In this document: positions 26,282 to 36,070 of the stretch, in pieces
Numbering within the stretch: the first letter of the stretch is position 1
How the letters are laid out: each line of letters begins with the position of its first letter
Assembly: GCA_963841735.1 (NCBI GenBank)
Contig: CAWJDT010000004.1
Coordinates: 192,001-256,000, forward strand
Direction: 5' to 3'
Length of the DNA: 64,000 nucleotides
Origin: an uncultured Actinomycetes bacterium
Lineage (GTDB): Bacteria > Actinomycetota > Thermoleophilia > RBG-16-64-13
Translations under genes and position numbers: made by a program
Notes under the pieces: generated by a model
Databases searched by the model: none
Told to the model about the DNA's origin: nothing
What the model saw: only the letters and a program-made list of their open reading frames with translations

Positions 26282-26339
26282 ATTGTAGGCCAACGGATGT
26301 TGACAGTGCAAGCGGTTCTATGATACTAATGCAGTATCA
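26282..26339. promoter_or_regulatory. Divergent overlapping promoters and operator (genetic switch)
   Basis: Leftward TTGCAC-N18-TACAAT (26311-26282); rightward TTGACA at 26300 with GATACT at 26322; palindrome TGATACT-N5-AGTATCA at 26321-26339. Confidence 0.65.
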
Positions 26340-26359
26340 ACGACGGCCGGAGGAGAGAC

Positions 26360-26911
26360 ATGACGGATACAGAGAGGGCAAAACCGCGGGAGTTGGTCGG
26401 TCGCAACCTTCGGAGGATTCGCCAGGATCGCGGGCTTTCTCAACGTCGGCTGGTCGAGCGAATGAGGGGGCTCCGGTTTTCGTGGCACCAGACAACCGTT
26501 CAGGGAGTTGAGACGGGCACGAGACCCGTCTCGATCGATGAACTAGTAGCTCTCGCCATCTGCCTGGACACTGACATTGCATCGTTGCTCGATCCCGTTG
26601 GCGCCGGTCTCCCGAGCCTTCCGATGGAGCAGGGCACACTTGCGGAGGCGGGGACTGTAGACGTCGGTCTTCCGTGGGGCTTGTGGGGCCGTTTCTTTCG
26701 CAACCTCATTCCCGTGTCGCAGGCGCAAGGTAGCAGCCCGCGGTTCGTCCAGACCATTCCAGACTGGCGCGATGGGGAGCCGGTGGGCGGTCTACAGCAG
26801 GAATTCGCCATCCCTGCCGATGAGGACGCGCTCCACACCAAGGTGAAAGAACTCGAAACCCTGGTCGAACAATTGAAGGCGGCGTTGCCGGCACAAGGGA
26901 GGAAGTCGTGA
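26360..26911 (+). CDS. XRE-family HTH repressor
   Basis: VGRNLRRIRQDRGLSQRRL...WHQTTVQGVETGTRPVSIDELVALA; RBS GGAGGAG. Confidence 0.9.
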   Translation: MTDTERAKPRELVGRNLRRIRQDRGLSQRRLVERMRGLRFSWHQTTVQGVETGTRPVSIDELVALAICLDTDIASLLDPVGAGLPSLPMEQGTLAEAGTVDVGLPWGLWGRFFRNLIPVSQAQGSSPRFVQTIPDWRDGEPVGGLQQEFAIPADEDALHTKVKELETLVEQLKAALPAQGRKS

Positions 26912-28107
26912 GAGGCTCCGTTCGTCGTTGGCGCAATGGTTGGCAGTGGCGCGTGCGGACGCCGGAAGGCCGGTGGATCTCCAAGTCCGGTTATCGCCTT
27001 GAGCGCGAGGCTCAGGACGCGCTCACCAAGGAACTAGCGAAGATGGGCGAAGGCCGGTTCGTGGAGCCCGACCGGATCACGGTCGGGGCGTACCTGGAAG
27101 ATGTGTGGCTCCCGGCCGTGAAAAGCTCTGTCGGGCCTAGTCAGTACACGAGCTATCAGACCATTCTAGAGCGGCATATCAAGAAGCACATAGGCGACGT
27201 GAAACTGCAGAAGCTCACGGAGCCCCACGTCATCCGCATGTACCGCGAACTCGAAAGGACAGGCCATCGCTACTCTACCGACGATGCCCCTCGCGGTCTG
27301 GCTCCAAAGTCCGTGCGTCACGTTCACGCCATGTTGCACCGGGCTTTGAATGACGCCGTAGAGTGGCGCTACGTGCCCCGCAACGTTGCCGAGAGCAAGA
27401 AGACCAAGCCGCCCCGGCCCAAACGTCAAGCCGACATGAAGGTCTGGACTGCGGAAGAGCTGCAGCGCTTCCTTGCCGCGGTGCAATCGGACCGGCTGTT
27501 CCCGTTCTGGCGCTTCCTCGCACTTACCGGCGTTCGCCGTGGCGAGGGTCTCGCGCTCCAATGGTCCGACGTGGATCTTCGCGCCGGCGTCGCGTCGATC
27601 GCTCGGGCTCGCACCATTCACGGCACGTCGGCGCCGAAGACGGAACGTAGTCGCCGCTCCCTTGACCTAGACCCGCAGACCGTCGCCGTGCTCAAGTCGT
27701 GGCGCAAGCGGCAGCTAGAGGAACGGCTCCGCTGGGGCGAGCTTTGGAGTGATACCGGCCTTGTGTTCACCCGCGAGAACGGCAACGGCTACCACCCGGA
27801 CGGGATCACCGGGATCTTTGAACGGCTGCAGCGTCAGCACAACGACGCGAAGAAGAAGGAAGCCGAAGAGCGGAAGAAGGCCGGCGACGCCACAGCGCAA
27901 CCGGAGGGCCTTCTCCCCCGAATCCGGCTGCATGACCTTCGCCACACTCACGCGACGCTGCTACTTGCGAGCGGCGTCAATGCCAAGATCGTCTCAGAGC
28001 GTCTCGGCCATGCCTCCGTGGCGTTCACCTTGACCGTGTACGCGCACGTTTTGCCCGGCCAACAGAAGGAAGCGATCGGGCGCCTGGCGGCCCTGGTCGA
28101 TGGCTAG
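26908..28107 (+). CDS. int: Tyrosine integrase
   Basis: N-terminal arm-binding domain; TGVRRGE, PKT, HDLRHT, ERLGH, VYAH catalytic set intact; adjacent to att/tRNA. Confidence 0.97.
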   Translation: MRGSVRRWRNGWQWRVRTPEGRWISKSGYRLEREAQDALTKELAKMGEGRFVEPDRITVGAYLEDVWLPAVKSSVGPSQYTSYQTILERHIKKHIGDVKLQKLTEPHVIRMYRELERTGHRYSTDDAPRGLAPKSVRHVHAMLHRALNDAVEWRYVPRNVAESKKTKPPRPKRQADMKVWTAEELQRFLAAVQSDRLFPFWRFLALTGVRRGEGLALQWSDVDLRAGVASIARARTIHGTSAPKTERSRRSLDLDPQTVAVLKSWRKRQLEERLRWGELWSDTGLVFTRENGNGYHPDGITGIFERLQRQHNDAKKKEAEERKKAGDATAQPEGLLPRIRLHDLRHTHATLLLASGVNAKIVSERLGHASVAFTLTVYAHVLPGQQKEAIGRLAALVDG

Positions 28108-28110
28108 TCC

Positions 28111-28141
28111 GGAGTTTTGGTGGAACATTCGTGGAACATGG
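28111..28141 (+). repeat. Probable integrase arm-type binding sites, right arm
   Basis: Direct repeat of 20596-20626. Confidence 0.7.
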
Positions 28142-28164
28142 CCGGCCGCCAAGCCTTCAGGGCA

Positions 28165-28193
28165 AGAAAAAAGCCCCGCGTTTGCAGGGCTTC
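28165..28193 (-). terminator. Rho-independent terminator for tRNA-Pro, supplied by the element
   Basis: Minus strand GAAGCCCTGC-AAAC-GCGGGGCTT followed by a T run, immediately after the tRNA 3' end. Confidence 0.8.
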
Positions 28194-28195
28194 TG

Positions 28196-28243
28196 AAGTC
28201 GGGACGGCCGGATTTGAACCGGCGACCTTCCGGCCCCCAGCCG
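28196..28243. repeat. att core, right copy (within tRNA-Pro)
   Basis: Identical to 20430-20477. Confidence 0.97.
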
Positions 28244-28272
28244 GATGCGCTACCAAACTACGCCACGTCCCG
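28199..28272 (-). tRNA. tRNA-Pro (anticodon GGG), CCA not encoded
   Basis: CGGGACG acceptor stem, D loop AGTTTGGTA, TCCGG-CTGGGGG-CCGGA anticodon arm, GCCGG-TTCAAAT-CCGGC T arm. Confidence 0.97.
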
Positions 28273-28363
28273 AAGCGCCGAACCAGTATAGCGCGCCCTT
28301 CGGCGCTCAACTAGCGCGAAACAGGCTCAACCCTTACAGCGCCTCACCAGCTGTCAGGCGCAG

Positions 28364-29017
28364 TCACTGCTCTTCCGCTTCCGCCGGTGACTGAGGCACA
28401 CAGCGTTTCTTGTTCCAAGGAAACGTGAAGCGGTGCTCTTCCCCCCGCGCCAGTCTCTTGAAGTTGGCTCGATGCGCCCAGAGGACCACTACCGCCATCA
28501 GACAACAGGCGATCACGTACTCAAGCGGCTGGTGCAGAACGGCGGCCATGATCGGCAGCGCGATGGTGCAGGTGATGGAGGCTATTGAGACGATGCGTGT
28601 GCCAAAGACCAGCAACGCGAACAACCCGAGCAGAAAGGCCATGGGAATAGGCATCATGCCTATGGCGGCTCCGGCCCCTGTGGCCACGCCCTTGCCCCCA
28701 CGTCCGCGCAGGAACAGTGAGTAGTTGTGGCCCATCACGCATGCAAAAGCTACGAATACCGTCACCAAAGGCGTACTCAAGTAGCGCGCCAACAGCACGG
28801 GCCCCACCCCTTTCAGGATGTCCAGGATGAACACCGTGACCCCTAGGCGCTTGCCGAGAACCCGGAATGCGTTAGTAGTGCCCGCATTGCCGCTACCGTG
28901 CTTCCGTACATCCAGACCCTTGAAAGCCCTACCCAAGAAGACGCTGGGCGACAAAGAGCCCACCAGGTAACCCAACACTACAAGACCGAAGCCTATCAAC
29001 ACCTCACGGACGGTCAA
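28364..29017 (-). CDS. plsY: Glycerol-3-phosphate acyltransferase
   Basis: GYLVGS, GSGNAGTTNAFR, DILKG, GH, GGKGVATG, HRANFKRL..GEE. Confidence 0.96.
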   Translation of the reverse strand: MTVREVLIGFGLVVLGYLVGSLSPSVFLGRAFKGLDVRKHGSGNAGTTNAFRVLGKRLGVTVFILDILKGVGPVLLARYLSTPLVTVFVAFACVMGHNYSLFLRGRGGKGVATGAGAAIGMMPIPMAFLLGLFALLVFGTRIVSIASITCTIALPIMAAVLHQPLEYVIACCLMAVVVLWAHRANFKRLARGEEHRFTFPWNKKRCVPQSPAEAEEQ

Positions 29018-30333
29018 GAATACCTCTCTTCCTTGCCCTCGAAATCGATGATGATCGGCACGCCCGACAATGAGAAGTCCTCACGGAGGCGATTCTCCAG
29101 ATAGTAGGCAAATGATTTGTTCACCAAAGCCCGAGAGTTGACCATCACCTTGAAGCGCGGTGGGCTGACTTCGTATTGCACCATGTAAAAGGCCTTGATG
29201 GACTTGCTTCCTCTTCCCGTAGGCGGGCGGCGTACGTGCACTTCCCCCAGCCAGCGGTTGAGTTCGGCCGTAGCTATGCGCCCGCTGTAGCCGTGATAGA
29301 GATCTCGGGCCAGGGGAAGAATACGATCCACGCCCCGACCGCTCACAGCCGAGACCGTGAGCCAAGGGGGCTTCATTTGGACCTTCGCTTGGATCCGCTC
29401 AGTGGCCTTATCAAGCTCGAGAGTGCTGATATCCCATTTGTTGAACAGCATGGCTGTGGCGCATTTGGCGCGCTGCGCCTCATAGGCTATCTGCAGGTCC
29501 AGATCGACCAGGCCTTCCGAAGCGTCGACCACGACCAACGCTACGTCGCACTGCTCCAGGGCGTGCAACGCCCGCAAAGAGCTGTAGTACTCGACGTCCG
29601 TTGTGGTGCGCTTGCGTGGCCGGCGAAGACCGGCGGTATCCACCAACGTCACCGGCAGCCCTTCGAAGAGGAGGTCGGTGTCGATCGCGTCTCGGGTGGT
29701 GCCGGGGATTGGCGACACGATTGTGCGCTTGTCCCCCAGCAGAACGTTGAGCAGTGAACTCTTGCCCACATTGGGTCTCCCGACGATGGCCACCCGCATG
29801 GAAACAACTTGCTCCTCCATGTCTTGTGCAGCGGGGAGGTGGTCGACCACGGCATCAAGCAGATCCCCCACCCCCAGACCATGCTCGGCTGAGATAGGCA
29901 CGGGCTCCCCGAGACCTAGCCCCCAGAAGTCGTGCAGGTTGGCCTGCGCCACCTTGACGTCTTGCTTGTTCACGGCGAGGATCACAGGGAGACCGCTCCG
30001 TCTGAGGATCTGGGCGATCTCGTGATCCTGAGGAGCCAGGCCCGCGCGTCCATCAACTAGGAACACAGCGACCGCCGCCTGCTCCACCGCCAGCTCCGCC
30101 TGCCGTCTGACATCGTCGATCAGCGGCTCGTCGGCCTGGATGTCGATTCCCCCCGTGTCGATAACCACGAAGTCGCGACCCCTCCACTCAGCCACGCCCT
30201 CCTTGCGGTCGCGGGTCACGCCGGCTTCGGGGGCCACCACCGCGTCACGCGTGCCTGTGAGACGGTTGTAGAGGGTCGACTTGCCCACGTTGGGGTAGCC
30301 AATGATAGCGACGCGAGGCAATGCGGTGCTCAC
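29014..30333 (-). CDS. der: Ribosome biogenesis GTPase Der
   Basis: Two G domains (GYPNVGKS/GVTRD/DTGG and GRPNVGKS/GTTRD/DTAG) plus KH-like C-terminus. Confidence 0.98.
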   Translation of the reverse strand: MSTALPRVAIIGYPNVGKSTLYNRLTGTRDAVVAPEAGVTRDRKEGVAEWRGRDFVVIDTGGIDIQADEPLIDDVRRQAELAVEQAAVAVFLVDGRAGLAPQDHEIAQILRRSGLPVILAVNKQDVKVAQANLHDFWGLGLGEPVPISAEHGLGVGDLLDAVVDHLPAAQDMEEQVVSMRVAIVGRPNVGKSSLLNVLLGDKRTIVSPIPGTTRDAIDTDLLFEGLPVTLVDTAGLRRPRKRTTTDVEYYSSLRALHALEQCDVALVVVDASEGLVDLDLQIAYEAQRAKCATAMLFNKWDISTLELDKATERIQAKVQMKPPWLTVSAVSGRGVDRILPLARDLYHGYSGRIATAELNRWLGEVHVRRPPTGRGSKSIKAFYMVQYEVSPPRFKVMVNSRALVNKSFAYYLENRLREDFSLSGVPIIIDFEGKEERYS

Positions 30334-31178
30334 GGCTCGATCTCCCTTAGTCTTGCTAGTACCGCCTCGATCTGATGCTGGGGCGTCGATGCCCCAGCAG
30401 TGACTCCGACCACCCGGACACCCTCGAACCAGGAGGGGTCGAGCTCAGCCGCCGACTCCACGTGATGGGTATTAGGTTGCCCAGCGGAGCAAAGCTCGGC
30501 TAGACGTAGCGTGTTGCCGGAGTCCTTGCCCCCCACCACCACCACTGCGTCGGCCTCCGCAGCCATGTTGCCGGCAGCGGCTTGCCTCTGTTCGGTGGCA
30601 TTGCAGATAGTGTTATGCACCAGCAGTTCCTTCACTTTTGGGGCGAGATGACCAACAAGCTCCGACAGCCGTTCGGGCGATTGCGTGGTCTGGACCACGA
30701 TCCCGACTCGGCGACTCGGGAGTTTCGCCGGGAGATCGGCCGGGGATTGCACCACCAGCGAATCGTCTCCCGCATAGGACCGTAGCGCAGCGACTTCGGG
30801 GTGATCCTTGTCACCCAAGATTATAACGAGGTAGCCATCGCGATTGAGGCCCGCTGCCTTCTCCTGGGCGGATGTGACAAAGGGGCACGTGGCATCTACC
30901 ACCGTGAGGTGGGAGGCGATCAGCCTCTCCTTGACGTCTCGCGGAACCCCGTGCGACCGCAGGATCACGGTGCCCTCCTCCGCCTGGTCCAGGTCGGTCA
31001 GTACGCCGACCCCCTTCTCTTTGAGTTCCGCTATGACCCCGGGGTTGTGTATCAACGGACCCAACGTATGTACGGGTTGCGGTGCATCCTCTGCCGCTTC
31101 CAGAGTAAGCTGCAGCGCTCTCTCCACTCCCCAGCAGAAGCCCGCGCTCTCCGAGACACGAATAGCCAGCGGGCTCAT
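30330..31178 (-). CDS. ispH: 4-hydroxy-3-methylbut-2-enyl diphosphate reductase
   Basis: AGFCWGVERA, LIHN, RSHG, DATCPFV, HPEV, QTT, TICNAT, SGNT, GVTAGASTP. Confidence 0.96.
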   Translation of the reverse strand: MSPLAIRVSESAGFCWGVERALQLTLEAAEDAPQPVHTLGPLIHNPGVIAELKEKGVGVLTDLDQAEEGTVILRSHGVPRDVKERLIASHLTVVDATCPFVTSAQEKAAGLNRDGYLVIILGDKDHPEVAALRSYAGDDSLVVQSPADLPAKLPSRRVGIVVQTTQSPERLSELVGHLAPKVKELLVHNTICNATEQRQAAAGNMAAEADAVVVVGGKDSGNTLRLAELCSAGQPNTHHVESAAELDPSWFEGVRVVGVTAGASTPQHQIEAVLARLREIEP

Positions 31179-32518
31179 CCCTGCTCCGGCGGGGTGGTCA
31201 GCAAAGCATTTACGGCTTCCGTCACCCGTTCGCTGATGATCCTGCCTCGTTCCGAGCGAGAAAGTCGAGAGTCTGGGCGTTCTATGGGCGGACCGAACAC
31301 CAGCTCCACGCGGGGCAGCCGGGGAACGCCGTGCCTGAACGCCCGCTCGGTCCCACGAAGGGCAGCGGGCACGGTGACCACGTCCTCGCGCATCGAGAAG
31401 AGGCTGACGCCAGAACGGATGGGAGCCAAGTGTGACCCGGTTCTGACCCCTCCTTCTGGAAAGAGTCCCAATACGCCCCCCGCGGCCAGGATATCCACTC
31501 CCCGTTGCACAGCAGACCGGTCCGCTTCGCCCCGAACCACGGGGAACGTTCCGAAGCCTTCCATCGCCCATGCCAGTGGCTTGAACTTCCACAACTCATG
31601 CTTGGCCATGTAGTGGATCTGTCGGGGCACGTTGATGCCGAGAAAGAAAGGGTCGGTCATGGCGCGGTGGTTGCACACCACTAGTACGGGGCCGGTCAGG
31701 GGGAAGTGCTCTGCTCCCCGCACTCTCATCCGATAGACGAACCTCCAAAAAGGCCCAAGAACAACATGGGTCATCCGGTAGAAGAGAGTGTCCATGGGGC
31801 CCCTGACCATACGCGATATCGGCCATCTCCTCAGCGGTCGCCCCGCGAGAGCAGCCTTGCGCTTGTCCTCGGCCAGTCCACAAACAGCCGCGATGACGTC
31901 GGAGACACTCAGGCCGGTGGTGTCGACCTCCACAGCGTCGTCCGCTTTGCGGAGGGGCGCTACCGCCCGGCCCGAATCAAGGGCGTCGCGGGTGGCAATT
32001 GTTGCTTCAAGTTCGGCAAGGGACTGTTCCGCTCCCTTTCCCTGCAGCTGCAGCTGGCGACGACGCGCCCTCTCCTCCAGGCCGGCAGTAAGGAACACCT
32101 TAAGCTCCGCGTGGGGCACCACGACGGTGCCCATATCCCGTCCCTCCAATAAGACGTTCCCGGCGGCTGCCTCCTGGCGCTGTTTGGCGGTGAGCACGTC
32201 GCGTACGCCAGGATCGGCCGAAACGGCAGACACATGCTTTGAAACCAGGGGACCACGGATCTCGTCGGTGATCTCTCGCCCATCGACAAAGACCCGGGTG
32301 AGGTCGTCGGCCCGGCCCTCCAGACGGAGGTCCGTATGAGCGGCAAGCGCCCCAGCTTCACCTATGCGGTCCGGGACCAGGCCCTCCTCCAGCGCCAGAA
32401 ACGTGATTGCCCGGTACATGGCCCCAGTGTCCAGATACCGCATCTTAAGCCGCTTGGCTACTTCACGGGCGATAGTACTCTTGCCGGACCCGGCAGGTCC
32501 ATCGATGGCGATTATCAC
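31175..32518 (-). CDS. cmk: Cytidylate kinase fused to 1-acyl-G3P acyltransferase (Cmk-PlsC)
   Basis: IAIDGPAGSGKST, LDTGAMYR, EGRDMGT; C-terminal NHRAMTD, MAKHEL, FPEG. Confidence 0.93.
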   Translation of the reverse strand: MIIAIDGPAGSGKSTIAREVAKRLKMRYLDTGAMYRAITFLALEEGLVPDRIGEAGALAAHTDLRLEGRADDLTRVFVDGREITDEIRGPLVSKHVSAVSADPGVRDVLTAKQRQEAAAGNVLLEGRDMGTVVVPHAELKVFLTAGLEERARRRQLQLQGKGAEQSLAELEATIATRDALDSGRAVAPLRKADDAVEVDTTGLSVSDVIAAVCGLAEDKRKAALAGRPLRRWPISRMVRGPMDTLFYRMTHVVLGPFWRFVYRMRVRGAEHFPLTGPVLVVCNHRAMTDPFFLGINVPRQIHYMAKHELWKFKPLAWAMEGFGTFPVVRGEADRSAVQRGVDILAAGGVLGLFPEGGVRTGSHLAPIRSGVSLFSMREDVVTVPAALRGTERAFRHGVPRLPRVELVFGPPIERPDSRLSRSERGRIISERVTEAVNALLTTPPEQG

Positions 32519-33891
32519 AGGCGCCCCTCCTGTTCGGTCAAAAGGGCGTTCCCATTGACGCTGCCACGCAGGCTGGCCAGGGTATCCACGAATGCCGGGT
32601 ACGACACGGCTGCACAGGCAACGTCATCTACGCGCACTCCCTCCTGGGAAGCCGCGCCAGCGATGGCGCCCACCATCGCCAGCCGGTGATCTGCCATGCT
32701 CAACACTTCGCCGCCCCTCCAGCCGCCGAGTAGTCCGGTCACATCCATTCCGTCGGGATGTTCCACAACCGCGACCCCCAGGGCCCGCAGGAGCGCAGCC
32801 ATGGACGAGAGCCGGTCGCTCTCCTTGGCCCGCAGATCGCCCGCGCCGCGCAGGCAGGAAGTGCCTCGAGCCCTTGCGGCGGCCAACAAGAACAGAGGGA
32901 GCTCGTCTATGAGTCCGGGCACCTCCCCCGCATCCACATTGGTGGCCTCCAGCTCGGAAGTACGTGCCAGGATGGAGCCCACCGGCTCCGGTCCCGCCGC
33001 CCCTGTATCTTCGACCACCAGGTCGGCACCCATCCGTCGAAGCACGCTCATGAGTCCCGTCCGAGTGGCGTTGAGCCCCACGCCCGAGACGCGCACTTCT
33101 GACCCGGGGACCAACAGCGCGCCCACGAGGAAGAACGCGGCCGAGCTGAAATCGCCCGGCACCGTCACCTCCCCCATGCTCAGCCCCGCGCAGGGCCACA
33201 CGCGCACTTGGCTGCGACCATCCGGCAGGCTGCTGTGTTCGACTCTGCCACCCGCGTATGCGACCATGCGCTCGGTGTGGTCACGCGACGCAGAAGGCTC
33301 GCTCAGACAGGTCTCTCCTTCCGCGCGCAGGCCGGCCAGCAAGAGGCACGACTTGACCTGGGCTGAGGCCACAGGGAGCGTGTATGTGATTCCCCGCAGC
33401 CTCCCCCCACGCAGAGCGATGGGCGGCAACGTATTTCGATTGCGCCCCACTACGGTCGCCCCCATAGCCGACAGAGGTTCCAGGATTCGCGCCATCGGAC
33501 GGCGACGGATGCTCGCGTCACCAGTGAGCACGGAAAGGAAGTCACGAGAAGCCAGCAAACCCGGCAAGAGACGGATCAGCGTGCCGGCGTTGGCGACATC
33601 CACTACGTCGTCCGGTTCACGCAGACCCTCCCAGCCTTGACCGTGGACGATGAGCTCCTCTCCCACTTCGTCGACGGTGACCCCCAGGGCCCTGATCGCG
33701 CGGACCGAAGCCATAGTGTCCGCCGATCTCAGGAAACCGGTCACTCGCACAGGTCCGTCATTAACCGCGCCCAATAGCACGGCCCGATGTGAGATGGACT
33801 TATCACCAGGGACAACAGTCGAACCCTTTAGCCCACCAGCGGCAGGCTCGAACAGGCAGCTTTGTGGTGTGCTACCCACGTTTGCCCTCAT
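32515..33891 (-). CDS. aroA: 3-phosphoshikimate 1-carboxyvinyltransferase
   Basis: PGDKSISHR, RRPM, ASAQVKS, SRDHTE, PGDFSSAAF, IDELP, KESDR, DHRLAM. Confidence 0.97.
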   Translation of the reverse strand: MRANVGSTPQSCLFEPAAGGLKGSTVVPGDKSISHRAVLLGAVNDGPVRVTGFLRSADTMASVRAIRALGVTVDEVGEELIVHGQGWEGLREPDDVVDVANAGTLIRLLPGLLASRDFLSVLTGDASIRRRPMARILEPLSAMGATVVGRNRNTLPPIALRGGRLRGITYTLPVASAQVKSCLLLAGLRAEGETCLSEPSASRDHTERMVAYAGGRVEHSSLPDGRSQVRVWPCAGLSMGEVTVPGDFSSAAFFLVGALLVPGSEVRVSGVGLNATRTGLMSVLRRMGADLVVEDTGAAGPEPVGSILARTSELEATNVDAGEVPGLIDELPLFLLAAARARGTSCLRGAGDLRAKESDRLSSMAALLRALGVAVVEHPDGMDVTGLLGGWRGGEVLSMADHRLAMVGAIAGAASQEGVRVDDVACAAVSYPAFVDTLASLRGSVNGNALLTEQEGRL

Positions 33892-35024
33892 TCACCGCCG
33901 TCCGTCATGAGGCCGACTCTCGAGGCGTACCCGAGGCTATTGAGCAGGGCCTCCGCCGTATTGGCTACATCCTGCCCGGCTATGAACAGTTCCAGATCGC
34001 CACCAACGCTGCGGCTCATGTGGTGCAGCGTGAGGTCTTCAACGTTGATCTCCGCCTCTCCCAGGGCAGTCATCACCCGAGCGATCACGCCCGACTCGTC
34101 GGGCACGCGCACAGTAACTCGGTAGAGGGTAGCCGGCGTGATGTCGGCGTACTCAAGCATCTGCTCCCGGTAGCCAGCGGCCGTTTCAATGGACCCCGCA
34201 ATGGCCGGTTCGTCTCCCCGGGCGAGGTCTTCGGCAAAGGCCTGCAGTTCGGCCATCATGGCCTTGACCGAATCGCCCAAAGCCTCACGGTTCTCGAAGA
34301 AGATGTCCCGCCACATGGAGGGATTAGCCCCTGCTACCCGCGTAAGGTCGGTGAAGCTTGGGCCCACCATCTGCAGCGCGGGCTTGCCCCCGGCAACGCA
34401 CGAACCCGTCTGCTTCATGAGTGCGTTGGCCAAAACATGCGGCAGATGGCTCACCACCGCCATGATCTGATCGTGTGCCCGTGCATCGATGAGAGTGGGC
34501 CGCGCGCCTAGGTCCAGCACAAACTGCTGGAGCATGGCGTAGAGCCTGGGGAATGCCGCGCCGGTGGTACACAGGAAATACGTGGCCTTCTGAAACAGTT
34601 CGGCCCGAGCGTAGCGCACCCCGGAGTCGGCGGCACCGCACATAGGGTGCCCGCCCACAAATATCGACCGCGCGACCGGCGAGAGACTTTGCATGATGGC
34701 CGACTTGGTGCTCCCCATGTCGGTGATGAGACGTGGCCGCGGTTCCGCCGCTGCACACTCCTCCACCAACGCTGGGATGCTCCGCACCGGGGTCGACACC
34801 ACCGCCAGATCGGCATATGCGGCAGCCTCCGCGGCCGTGGTAGCCGCCTCCGAGATGATCCCCTGCTGCAGTGCGATCTCCAGAACACCGGGGTCGTTGT
34901 CGAACCCCACAATCTCGTCCACCTGCGCATATCGCTGCGCGGCTAGGGCTAGGCTGCCACCCATCATCCCTACCCCGATTACGGCTAGGCGATGAACTCC
35001 GCTGTGTGTGCGCGTGCCGGTCAT
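33888..35024 (-). CDS. tyrA: Prephenate dehydrogenase with C-terminal ACT domain
   Basis: GVGMMGGS, TDMGSTK, GGHPMCG, HD...SHLPH, DLTRVA, VPDESGVIA. Confidence 0.93.
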   Translation of the reverse strand: MTGTRTHSGVHRLAVIGVGMMGGSLALAAQRYAQVDEIVGFDNDPGVLEIALQQGIISEAATTAAEAAAYADLAVVSTPVRSIPALVEECAAAEPRPRLITDMGSTKSAIMQSLSPVARSIFVGGHPMCGAADSGVRYARAELFQKATYFLCTTGAAFPRLYAMLQQFVLDLGARPTLIDARAHDQIMAVVSHLPHVLANALMKQTGSCVAGGKPALQMVGPSFTDLTRVAGANPSMWRDIFFENREALGDSVKAMMAELQAFAEDLARGDEPAIAGSIETAAGYREQMLEYADITPATLYRVTVRVPDESGVIARVMTALGEAEINVEDLTLHHMSRSVGGDLELFIAGQDVANTAEALLNSLGYASRVGLMTDGGE

Positions 35025-35029
35025 GGGTG

Positions 35030-36070
35030 TCACCCCAGAGTCTTGCCGGTCCAGTCCACCATGGACCGGATGCGGGTGACAACGGCGGCGAACTGCCCGG
35101 GATCGAGCGACTGCGCTCCGTCCGATAATGCAGTCTCCGGCGTGGGATGCATCTCGATCATGAGCCCGTCGGCTCCCGCCGCAAGCGCGGCTAGAGAAAG
35201 GGGTTCCACCAGGTCGATCTTGCCGGCAGCGTGACTGGGGTCTACGACTACGGGCAGGTGACTCCGCTGTTTGATGATGGGGATGGCGGATATGTCCAGG
35301 GTGTTGCGTGTGGCCGTCTCGAAAGTGCGGATGCCGCGCTCGCACAGGATGACGTTCTCATTACCCTCTTTGACGATGTATTCGGCAGCCATCAGTAGCT
35401 CGTCTATGGTAGCGGCCAGGCCCCGTTTGAGCAGAATCGGACGATTAACCATGCCCACCGCCGACAGCAGTTGAAAGTTCTGCATGTTGCGCGCACCGAT
35501 CTGGATGATGTCGCAGTACTCCGCCACGGGCTCCAGGTGCCGCGGGTCCATGAGCTCGGTCACGATAGGCAGGCCCGTCAGCTCACGAGCCTCCGCCAGT
35601 ATCTCTAGACCCTCCACACCCAATCCCTGAAAGGCGTAGGGGGACGTTCGCGGCTTGAAGGCTCCCCCGCGCAACATGGTCGCGCCTGCTTCCTTGGCTG
35701 CCACCGCCGCTTCGAGCAGTTGCTCCCTGCTTTCCACCGAGCACGGCCCCGCGATGAGGGCTACGTGCTTGCCACCGAGGCTGGTACTGCCCACGGTGAT
35801 GATGGTGTCGCTCTTGCGGAACTCTCGACTAACGAGCTTGTAGGGCTTGAGGATAGGTACTACCTTCTCCACGCCCGGATACGCCTCCAACGGAAGCCCG
35901 GCCACTACGTCTCTCTCCCCCAAAACACCGATGACCGTGGCGAGGTCGCTGGTGGACACATGGCCACGAGCCCCGGCGGTCTCGAGAAGCTCCAAGATCC
36001 GCTGCACGTCCGAGGAGGTGGCCCCCTCCTCCATCACGATCATCATCTCTGTGCTGATGCCATCCATCAT
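35030..36070 (-). CDS. aroF: DAHP synthase, class I-beta
   Basis: [52 protein letters not shown]. Confidence 0.96.
   Translation of the reverse strand: MMDGISTEMMIVMEEGATSSDVQRILELLETAGARGHVSTSDLATVIGVLGERDVVAGLPLEAYPGVEKVVPILKPYKLVSREFRKSDTIITVGSTSLGGKHVALIAGPCSVESREQLLEAAVAAKEAGATMLRGGAFKPRTSPYAFQGLGVEGLEILAEARELTGLPIVTELMDPRHLEPVAEYCDIIQIGARNMQNFQLLSAVGMVNRPILLKRGLAATIDELLMAAEYIVKEGNENVILCERGIRTFETATRNTLDISAIPIIKQRSHLPVVVDPSHAAGKIDLVEPLSLAALAAGADGLMIEMHPTPETALSDGAQSLDPGQFAAVVTRIRSMVDWTGKTLG

Larger units (their letters stand above)
20430..28243. mobile_element. Integrated phage-satellite-like (PICI/phiRv-like) element, ~7.77 kb, in tRNA-Pro(GGG)
   Basis: Perfect 48-bp direct repeats at both ends; integrase, XRE repressor, divergent Xis-like gene, AAA Rep, capsid, TerS. 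Confidence 0.93.

Noticed and set aside
20430-28243. Complete prophage, cf-PICI or encapsulin locus
   Set aside because: No portal, TerL, protease, tail or lysis genes; the capsid has a phage-type delta domain and sits with terS and int rather than a cargo enzyme
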